From Candidatus Saccharimonadota bacterium (GTDB lineage: Archaea; Micrarchaeota; Micrarchaeia; Micrarchaeales; Micrarchaeaceae), in NCBI GenBank assembly GCA_021654395.1, contig AP024486.1, positions 480,001-512,000 of the forward strand: a stretch of 32,000 bases of DNA, read 5' to 3'. A program made the translations under genes and the position numbers. Shown here one piece after another: positions 17,239-24,748 of the stretch. The notes below the pieces were generated by a model. That model had not been told where the DNA came from, did not search any database, and worked only from the letters and a program-made list of their open reading frames with translations. The stretch's first letter is position 1. Every line of letters begins with the position of its first letter.

Positions 17239-18129
17239 ATGGTCGAAGTGAAAATTTTTAATTATGATATAGTTGACTATCTAAAGGCTAATAAAATCTC
17301 TAATGTGACGTTAACCTTTTTTGATCCACCGTTTAATCAAGGTAAAGATTATAAGTATTTTGACGATGAGTTAACTAGTAAAGAATACTGGAACTGGATA
17401 AAAATAGTACTTGAAGGTATTAATCGAGTTACAAAGGATGGGGGTAGCATATACTTTATGCAGAGAGAAAAAAATGCAGAATGGGTTTTAAAGTATCTGC
17501 GCAAAACAGGGTGGAAAATTCAAAATTTGATAATATGGAAAAAAATGGCTTCTGCTGTACCTGGGAATATGCGATTTGGTAAAGAATACCAGATAATCGC
17601 TTTTGCTACAAAAGGGCCTAAACCTATAATTTTTAATAAACTGAGAATAGATGTACCTGTACCTTCTAATTGGAAGCAACCAAGAGAAAAAGGTGTATAT
17701 GTAACAGACGTTTGGTCTGATATAAGAGAACTTACTTCTGGCTATTTGGCAGGAGATGAACCTCTAAGAGATAAACAAGGGAAAAGATTGCATTTACAAC
17801 AGTCTCCTATAGACTTGCTGCTTAGAATCATACTTAGTTCCTCATTACCTGGAGACTTGGTTTTTGATCCCTGTGCAGGTACTGGAACGACATTAGTTGT
17901 TGCAAAGCAACTAGAAAGGAATGCAATAGGAGTAGAGATAGATCCCAATAATGTTAAATTAATAGAACAAAGGATAAAACAGCTAAGACCTGTAGATAAT
18001 GTAAACACTCCTGAAAGAATAAAGTACTACCGATTTACTGAAGATTTAGAAAAAATATGGCCTGCAGCTGAGAAACTCTCATTAAAAAGATATGGGCTTT
18101 TTTCTGGCGAATCAAATGAAGTATTTTGA
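17239..18129 (+). CDS. Beta-class N6-adenine/N4-cytosine DNA methyltransferase (N6_N4_Mtase type)
   Basis: Motif IV (FFDPPFNQG, 17323-17334) precedes motif I (VFDPCAGTGTTLVVA, ~17863), followed by NAIGVEID. This is the beta permutation order. Confidence 0.85.
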   Translation: MVEVKIFNYDIVDYLKANKISNVTLTFFDPPFNQGKDYKYFDDELTSKEYWNWIKIVLEGINRVTKDGGSIYFMQREKNAEWVLKYLRKTGWKIQNLIIWKKMASAVPGNMRFGKEYQIIAFATKGPKPIIFNKLRIDVPVPSNWKQPREKGVYVTDVWSDIRELTSGYLAGDEPLRDKQGKRLHLQQSPIDLLLRIILSSSLPGDLVFDPCAGTGTTLVVAKQLERNAIGVEIDPNNVKLIEQRIKQLRPVDNVNTPERIKYYRFTEDLEKIWPAAEKLSLKRYGLFSGESNEVF

Positions 18130-19600
18130 TCTTTCCACAAATGTAATTGAAGCTGTGGTAAAAGAAATAAAAGCAGCTAAAAAGTATGTTCGCATAGCGA
18201 TATTTCAGTTACATAATCCTATTATCTTTGCAACATTGAAGGAAAAATTAGAAAAAGGAGTAAAAGTAGAAATTATTACGTTGCCTTATGATAGTATAAA
18301 TGAAGATATAAGGGACCGTGTTACTAAGGATTTTGAAGAACTTAAAAGTAAAGGAGCAAAGATTAATTTTTGCAAATGGAACATAGGTGATCCGTCAAAT
18401 ACTAAGACTGCAGTAGCAAGATGGTATTTATTTCATGGTAAATTTATGGTTACAGATCATGCTGCTATTGCATTAAGTGCTAATTTCACTGACAAACACG
18501 AATTAGACGCGATGTTAGTTTTAGACGACATTAAATCAATTAAAGAATATAACTCAAAATTTGATAGATTACAAGAATACTTTATTAAACCTGCAAATAA
18601 ATATGAGGGTGCTATTCGTACAATAATAGAAAATAACGCTAACAAGAGACTAATAAAAGAAATATTTACTTTGCCGGAGAATGTTGCGCAACAGCATAAA
18701 AATAATTGGATACGCGATTATCCAGAAGCAATATGCCCAAAAGGATACACCGATAAAGATGGTCTTTTTATTACACCATTTGATTATCAAGGTAGAACTT
18801 TTATTGAAAAGGCTATTGAGAGGGCCAAAAAATATGTCTATATTGTTACTGAGAGTTTTACTGACCCAAGTTTTCCAAACTTTTTAATTAAGATGGCGCA
18901 GCGCGGTGTTAAAGTATATGTTTTATCTGGGATAAAGAGTAGAGATTTCACAGACAGAGTACAGAATAATATACGAGAAATGTTGGCTACAGGGATTATT
19001 ATAAAGGCTTTTGATGGAGATGTACACGCAAAACTTATACTTACGGACAGTACACTCTTGCTTAGCTCTATAAATCTAAACATGATAAATTTGGGTTTCT
19101 CAAGAAAGAAGGGGCTATGGAGAGAAAATACAGAGACTATTTATCAATGTAGCAATAAGAAAATTATAACCGAAGCAAAAATTAAATTTGAACACATTTT
19201 CGAATTGAATAGCATAGCAGTAGAAGATAAACTTGTCGAAAAACTGGAAAAGGAAGTCGCAGAAAAGTTAAATTTGATATTCAGTGTAAAGATCGAAAAA
19301 GCAGTAAAGCACTTACTTGCAATAGCAATTTTGAATAAGGAGATTAGAGTCAAAAATTTTGTGTTGGAAATAGGTAAAGCAATGCAACAGCTTGTAACTA
19401 TATTTAATAAAGACAAAGCAGATAAGGAGATTTTTTATATGTCCTTAATACTTTATAGTTTATCTGAGAGGAAAAGAGATTATAATGAATTAAAGAGCAT
19501 TGTTAATAGTGAGGTAGATTTAGAAGAATTGCTTACTAAACTTTTAGGGAAAAAACTTATCTTAACTGAAGGAAGTTTCTATAAAAGAAGCTTAGTCTAA
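18092..19600 (+). CDS. Phospholipase-D-family (double HKD) nuclease with a C-terminal winged-helix-like domain; probable restriction partner of the upstream methyltransferase
   Basis: It has two full HxK(x)4D motifs: FHGKFMVTDHAAIALSANF (His codon at 18434) and VHAKLILTDSTLLLSSINL (His codon at 19024). The tail reads SLILYSLSERKRDYNELKSIV...LLGKKLILTEGSFYK. The start is ATG 18092 or ATG 18116, and both overlap the methyltransferase stop at 18127-18129. Confidence 0.75.
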   Translation: MGFFLANQMKYFDLSTNVIEAVVKEIKAAKKYVRIAIFQLHNPIIFATLKEKLEKGVKVEIITLPYDSINEDIRDRVTKDFEELKSKGAKINFCKWNIGDPSNTKTAVARWYLFHGKFMVTDHAAIALSANFTDKHELDAMLVLDDIKSIKEYNSKFDRLQEYFIKPANKYEGAIRTIIENNANKRLIKEIFTLPENVAQQHKNNWIRDYPEAICPKGYTDKDGLFITPFDYQGRTFIEKAIERAKKYVYIVTESFTDPSFPNFLIKMAQRGVKVYVLSGIKSRDFTDRVQNNIREMLATGIIIKAFDGDVHAKLILTDSTLLLSSINLNMINLGFSRKKGLWRENTETIYQCSNKKIITEAKIKFEHIFELNSIAVEDKLVEKLEKEVAEKLNLIFSVKIEKAVKHLLAIAILNKEIRVKNFVLEIGKAMQQLVTIFNKDKADKEIFYMSLILYSLSERKRDYNELKSIVNSEVDLEELLTKLLGKKLILTEGSFYKRSLV

Positions 19601-19832
19601 AATACTATGTTTTAAAAGTCATCATCTGGTTTGAATGTCTTTCAATCGCATCCGCATATTTGGTTTCACATATTCCAAGCATAGAGTGTGCATATAAATC
19701 CAATCCCTACAGCAGGGATTGCCTTCTCTATGGCGGTTAGCCCTGAGGGGCTTCCTGTCGTAAAAATGCAAGCCCAGACACCAGTTTTCAATATTAAGTA
19801 ATGATAATCAGAATAACTTCGCAGTTTTATCT

Positions 19833-20501
19833 TTAAAATGCATCTTTACCAAATTCCCTAATTATTACATCAGCAGTAGCATCATTTATTTCGTTCGGTG
19901 TTATCGGTGCATTAGAAAATAACTGTTTCTCGAGCGCTTTCACTACTCCTTTTAAAGCAATGTACTTTTTCTCAGCTGGAGATCCTTTTCTCCTTTTTAT
20001 AAGATCATCAAACCTTTCCGCTACGCTGACTATACCATAAGGCGCAACCCTCGCATCACTATAGCAGCATATCTTAAGGTCGTAATCATCCGAATTTAGC
20101 ACCGCTTCTGATCCCTTATATTCAAAAAAATTCCCTTCTTGCTCAAGTAAGTAGTATAACCTTTTTTTCTACTCCCAATTCTTTGGCAATTTTGTTTGTC
20201 ACTTCGTGATCGTCATTGCCGTATTTTATAATGGTTTCTTCCTTTATGCGTTCCCAATGTGGATCAAGATCGGCAAACTTTACTATATTTCCCAAATCGT
20301 GTATCAGAAGAACAGCAATTATGTCTTTTTTGTGTGTATTTCAGGACCTTTCCAATTGTCATACAAGATCGAACCTACTACAGCAGCTCTTAACATATGA
20401 AGCCTAAGATTTGGCGGTATGTTATACAGGTCGTATATTTTGGCTATGTTATTTATTATATAATCGGAATTTATCTCCATCAAATAGTATATGGTCTCCA
20501 T
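19833..20501 (-). pseudogene. HD-domain phosphohydrolase gene with two frameshifts
   Basis: Three minus-strand frames join into about 222 aa: METIYY...LRLHMLRAAVVGS...HTKK|DIIAVLLIHDLGNIVKFADLDPHWERIKEE...AKELGVEKK|RLYYLLEQEGNFFEYKGSEAVLNSDDYDLKICCYSDARV...GKDAF. This requires adding one base at each of the runs 20326-20331 (T6) and 20162-20168 (T7). An H...HD...D pattern is present. Confidence 0.7.
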
Positions 20502-20597
20502 ATTTTTAAAACCTTACACTGTAACTACTACTTTAATTTAGCTATGGTCTTGCAAATAGGAGCAGATGCCTGCTTTAACAAACAGGTATACTTAGAT

Positions 20598-20670
20598 AGC
20601 CCTGAGAGGGATTTGAACCCTCGACCTCCTGCTTACAAGGCAGGCGCTCTGCCAGCTGAGCTACCAGGGC
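20598..20670 (-). tRNA. tRNA-Thr (anticodon UGU)
   Basis: Reverse complement reads GCCCTGG..CCTGC-CTTGTAA-GCAGG..GAGGG-TTCAAAT-CCCTC-TCAGGGC-U. All stems pair. The 3' end faces the foreign-style block. Confidence 0.95.
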
Positions 20671-20826
20671 ATCTAAGTCTGATATTTTATATTAGCTAAT
20701 ATAAATTTTAAATAGCTTTTTTAAATAGGCCCTCAATAGATAGATCTTAAATTAGATAACAATATAAAGAGGACATACGAACTTCTAGAGCAATACCTTT
20801 ATAATAGTTTAGACTAAGATTATAGT

Positions 20827-21225
20827 ATGAACGATAAAGATAAAGATGTATCTGACAATTCTAAATCATCTAGTAATGATAAGAGTAAAGATGCTGATAT
20901 AAGAGTTGTACTTATATACCTAGTTCCTATATTAACTGGCTTGCTCTTTTACATGGTATCTAAGGATGAGAAGAATAAGTATATCGAGAAGCATTCTATA
21001 CAATCTATACTGTTAGGAGTAGCGATGATAGCAGTCTATATAGTAGGTGTAATAATATCTCTTGTAGTAGTTCTTATTACTGGCATATACATTGGAGTAA
21101 TATTTAGTATACTAGAGCTTTTGATATATCTATATGGACTTTATGCTGGCTATATGGCTTTACAGAGCAATGAAGTAAATATACCTTATATATCAGAGAT
21201 TGCAGAAAGGTATGTTAGCAGATAG
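20827..21225 (+). CDS. Small membrane protein, DUF4870-like
   Basis: A polar N-terminus is followed by VLIYLVPILTGLLFYMVSKDEKNKYIEKHSIQSILLG and two more TM helices. This is the pattern I associate with DUF4870. Confidence 0.5.
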   Translation: MNDKDKDVSDNSKSSSNDKSKDADIRVVLIYLVPILTGLLFYMVSKDEKNKYIEKHSIQSILLGVAMIAVYIVGVIISLVVVLITGIYIGVIFSILELLIYLYGLYAGYMALQSNEVNIPYISEIAERYVSR

Positions 21226-21319
21226 ATCTAATTATTTCAAAGATCTTTAAGTCTTTAATATAAAATCTTTTAATAATTTATTAATAATCTATAATATAAA
21301 TTAAGCAGAAGTGATCTAG

Positions 21320-22426
21320 TTGAAAGACGTAAGTAAGGTAATAGAAGAGATAAGTAAGCCACCAGTAGAGGAGATCGTAACAAAGGAGGAGTTTGAGCAG
21401 CTTTTAAGAGAGAATCCGCACCCTGTCGCTTATGACGGATTTGAGCCATCTGGCTTGCTACATCTGGGCTCTGGTATTCAGAGAAGCATACTAACTAACA
21501 GATTTACAGATAATGGTGCTATATTTATAATGTATATAGCTGACTGGTTCGCTTATCTTAATAAGAAGTTCAACGGAGATATGGGGAAGATTAGGATAGC
21601 GGGTCAATACTTTATAGAAGGATTTAAGGCATGCGGGATGAGAACAGAAAATGTAAGATTCATATGGACAAGCGATATGATAAAAGACTCTAGGTACTGG
21701 GAGACATTGCTTACTCTCTCTTCTAAAGCAACTGTCAATAGAATACTAAGAAGTGTAACTATAGCTGGAAGAGAAGAGTCAGAGGCAAGAGAGATGTCTT
21801 TGCTTATATATCCATTAATGCAGGCGACAGATGTATTAACACTGAATAACTGGAAGCCAGTAGATATATGCCAACTAGGAATGGATCAAAGAAAGGTAAA
21901 TATGCTTGTAAGAGATATAATAGGAGATATGAACCTTAAGAAGCCAGTAGCTATCCATCACCATCTTCTACTAGGTTTACAGAAGAATATAAGGATGGGT
22001 AAGTTTGATGAATCGGAGGAGTTAAATAAAGAGATATCATTCAAGATGTCTAAATCAAAGCCAGAGTCAGCTATATATATACACGATACAGAAGAAGAGG
22101 TAAAAAGCAAGCTCGATAAAGCATACTGTCCAACGGATATCAACGAGCCAAATCCAATTCTAGAGCTATTTAAGTATATAATATTCAACAAGTTCGATAA
22201 TGTAACTATAAAGAGAGAAGAGAAGTACGGCGGTAATCTAGATCTAAATAGCTATGAAGAGCTGCATAATCTATATGCAAATGGAAAGATACATCCTAAA
22301 GATCTGAAGAATGCTGCTGCAGATTATATAAATCAGATACTAGAGCCAGTAAGAGAGTACTTCGAAAAGAATGAGAAGGCACATGAGCTTCTAGAGAAAG
22401 TTAAAAGCTTCAATATAACGAGATAA
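21320..22426 (+). CDS. tyrS: Tyrosine--tRNA ligase, archaeal type
   Basis: Aligns by eye along its length to M. jannaschii TyrRS. Shared segments are AYDGFEPSGLLHLG, YPLMQATD, LGMDQRKVNML, KMSKSKPESAI, KAYCP...PNPILE and YGGNLDLNSYEEL...KIHPKDLKNA. The start is TTG. Confidence 0.9.
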   Translation: MKDVSKVIEEISKPPVEEIVTKEEFEQLLRENPHPVAYDGFEPSGLLHLGSGIQRSILTNRFTDNGAIFIMYIADWFAYLNKKFNGDMGKIRIAGQYFIEGFKACGMRTENVRFIWTSDMIKDSRYWETLLTLSSKATVNRILRSVTIAGREESEAREMSLLIYPLMQATDVLTLNNWKPVDICQLGMDQRKVNMLVRDIIGDMNLKKPVAIHHHLLLGLQKNIRMGKFDESEELNKEISFKMSKSKPESAIYIHDTEEEVKSKLDKAYCPTDINEPNPILELFKYIIFNKFDNVTIKREEKYGGNLDLNSYEELHNLYANGKIHPKDLKNAAADYINQILEPVREYFEKNEKAHELLEKVKSFNITR

Positions 22427-22490
22427 AACTTTAAGAGAAATAATAGGATAAGAGAAAAATTTATATATCTGGTTTGTATTCTTATTTAAT

Positions 22491-23210
22491 ATGAACAGCT
22501 CAAAGCATAAACATTCAGGTGAAGATATAGCTATTAAAGTCATTGCTTAAACGCTTTAAAGAGGCTGGAAGCATAAACATTCAGGTGAAGATATAGCTCC
22601 AGTATATTTACAAGATATCTATGATAGATTAAATAAGATATTTGGAGAGAATGTAATTATAATAGGTGGTAGAGCAGTAAATATACTCTGCTATCATAAT
22701 AAAAGAAAGACTAAAGATGTGGATGTTATTGTAGACAAAGATCCAAATAGTATTGATAATATAGTAGAGCTTCTTTCAGAGAATGGTTTCATACCGATAT
22801 ATGAGAATGGTAGAATAAAAGCAATAAAAGACAGAGGCAGGGATATAAGAATAGATCTATATACTAGAGACGAGGTAGGTATACTCTCCGTAGAAGAGAT
22901 AATAAAGCACTCATTAAAAGTAAAGATACTGCACAATAGTAAAGAAGAAAGATATGTACGAGTTGCACATCCAGTGCATCTAGTCATAATGAAGTTAATG
23001 GCAGGCAGGGATAAAGACTATGAAGATATTATAAATATAATAGAAAGTATATATGGTACTACTGATAGATTCTTTGAGTATGGAAAGGATATACTAAACG
23101 AGATCTTTAGCGAGGATCATATACTTAATCTAAGAAGGGGTTTAGAGAATCTGATGGGATTGCATATAAAAGAGTATGGGGAGAATAATAAGCATAGATT
23201 AAGAAAATAG
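22491..23210 (+). pseudogene. Nucleotidyltransferase-fold protein (DUF2204/MNT-like) whose 5' end is interrupted by a 66-bp in-frame duplication carrying stop codons
   Basis: ATG 22491 opens MNSSKHKHSGEDIA and then hits TAA at 22548 and 22557. The same frame resumes as ..KHKHSGEDIAPVYLQDIYDRLNKIFGENVIIIGGRAVNILCYHNKRKTKDVDVIVD... No ATG/GTG/TTG occurs before GTG 22719, which lies after the GG..D.D nucleotidyltransferase motif. The C-terminus reads HPVHLVIMKLMAGRDKDYEDI. Confidence 0.55.
22503..22598 (+). repeat. Perfect 30-nt direct repeat (22503-22532 and 22569-22598) separated by 36 nt
   Basis: The sequence aagcataaacattcaggtgaagatatagct occurs twice with a 66-nt period. I read it directly from the sequence. 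Confidence 0.9.
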
Positions 23211-23214
23211 TATA

Positions 23215-23937
23215 TCAGTATATCTCATAATCATATCCAAGTCTATTTAGAGTATCAATTATAGATCTAAACTGAGAGGAGTTTAGACTAGATTTCTCTA
23301 TTACGGCGATCTCTGCTTTTGGATCTGACCTTTCGAATGCATCGCTTAGCATATCAGCATTAATATGATACTTTGGCATTATATGTGAGAATGCGTAGCT
23401 TTTTTCTAAGGCCAGCTTGGTAAATCTTATCGGATAATGAGTAGAGCCTATACCTACTGCTATCTTGTTATAGCTTTCATTAGAAGATAATGCTTCGTAT
23501 ATGCTCTTTGCTACTACAGATGAGCAGTAATCTATATCTTTATCCATAAACTCTGCAAAGATTATTGGAGTGTCTGAGTAAGGCCCATGATGCGTTGCCT
23601 CATATGTCACATTTATATTAGATCTTTTATTATTCTCTTTCATCCTCTTAAGCATACTTAGCATTAGATCAGGTTTAGCCATAGATAGCTTATCTGGTAG
23701 ACCTCCATAAGAGTTATCATTGCTCCAATTACCGCAAGCATGAACAGTAAAAGAGCTAACTCCTTTACTGCTCTTATGCGGGCTTAAGAATATAGCAAGC
23801 TCATATTTATTCTCTAGCTTGCATCTAATAAGATCATCAACCTTAACAAATTCAGTATTATCTATCTTATACTCTTTTATCTTGTTATATATAGCTAAAG
23901 ATTCCTCTTCATTCTCTGTGTAAACTATCGCTATCAT
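23215..23937 (-). CDS. dtdA: D-aminoacyl-tRNA deacylase, archaeal DTD2 type
   Basis: SPHKSSKGVSSFTVHACGNW...GGLPDKLSMAKP...VTYEATHHGP...PIIFAEF matches the archaeal/plant DTD2 (tRNA_deacylase) motif set. Confidence 0.75.
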   Translation of the reverse strand: MIAIVYTENEEESLAIYNKIKEYKIDNTEFVKVDDLIRCKLENKYELAIFLSPHKSSKGVSSFTVHACGNWSNDNSYGGLPDKLSMAKPDLMLSMLKRMKENNKRSNINVTYEATHHGPYSDTPIIFAEFMDKDIDYCSSVVAKSIYEALSSNESYNKIAVGIGSTHYPIRFTKLALEKSYAFSHIMPKYHINADMLSDAFERSDPKAEIAVIEKSSLNSSQFRSIIDTLNRLGYDYEIY

Positions 23938-23983
23938 AGTTCGAAATTAAAGAAGAGAAGAATTAATAAGCTATTTAAATATA

Positions 23984-24634
23984 TTATGGTGCTCTAGCTA
24001 GATGAGATGGCAGAGCAGCTAATCCTGTTATCATTGCCGTTAATGCTCCAAGTAGCGTAAATATCCAGAATAGGACTATGACAAAGTTAACTAAAGGATG
24101 CACCTTCTTTGTCTTATTCGAGGCTATTCTCTTTATCTCATACATATACGGAAATGTGAATACTCCAGCAAGGCCAAAGAAGAGATACATAAGCATCATT
24201 ATCAAAGGCTCTTCTGTTAAGCCTATGCTATAACCCTGTAAGCCGTAATATATAGCCATAAGTCCAGATAGTAACGCGAAAAAGCCCATATAATCTAGCT
24301 GTAGAGTCAATCTCTTGTATAAAGCAAAGCCGACAGATATTACTAATACTGATGCCATCAATAGTGGCTCAAAGAACAGTATATTGTATGAGCCTGGCAA
24401 TGGCCAAGTTAAAACTCCATATAAAGACGTTATAAACATTATAATTCCTATCGAGAACAAAGGCAGCGAAGCAGATGTTATATCATTAAGCAGATCTTCG
24501 TAATCAAGTATCTGCCTAGCTTTCTTTATCATGGCTCTATAGCTTAGAAAGGCTTTAGTGCTTGTGTATAAGATTATAAATCCTGCGAATGATAGACTGA
24601 AAAGATCTAGTGTGAGGAAGTCTATAAAGGCCAT
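23984..24634 (-). CDS. Integral membrane protein (about 6-7 TM), family not recognised
   Basis: 216 aa, hydrophobic throughout with short loops. Host-like codon style. Confidence 0.5.
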   Translation of the reverse strand: MAFIDFLTLDLFSLSFAGFIILYTSTKAFLSYRAMIKKARQILDYEDLLNDITSASLPLFSIGIIMFITSLYGVLTWPLPGSYNILFFEPLLMASVLVISVGFALYKRLTLQLDYMGFFALLSGLMAIYYGLQGYSIGLTEEPLIMMLMYLFFGLAGVFTFPYMYEIKRIASNKTKKVHPLVNFVIVLFWIFTLLGALTAMITGLAALPSHLARAP

Positions 24635-24748
24635 CTTTAAATCACTTCTTTAATAAATCCTTCTATAAGAAAAGATTTAAAGCTTACTCATATATTTACT
24701 AAATAGATTTAAAGATTTAGAGATTTTAATAGAGCTTTAATAAGAGCT

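Noticed and set aside
17488-19416. Several minus-strand ORFs antisense to the methyltransferase and PLD genes (17488-17679, 17742-18008, 18457-18645, 18838-19083, 19144-19416) and the plus-strand ORF 18681-18887
   Set aside because: All are nested in genes with clear catalytic motifs and have no motifs of their own, so they are spurious.
20397-20699. 100-aa plus-strand track ORF
   Set aside because: It overlaps the antisense strand of tRNA-Thr and the HD pseudogene start. The GC-rich tRNA sequence simply keeps the frame open.
22503-22598. Possible minimal CRISPR unit (30-nt repeat, 36-nt spacer, 30-nt repeat)
   Set aside because: There are only two copies, and the repeat is in-frame coding sequence of the interrupted gene. 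No leader, further repeats or cas genes occur in the window. A tandem duplication explains it better.
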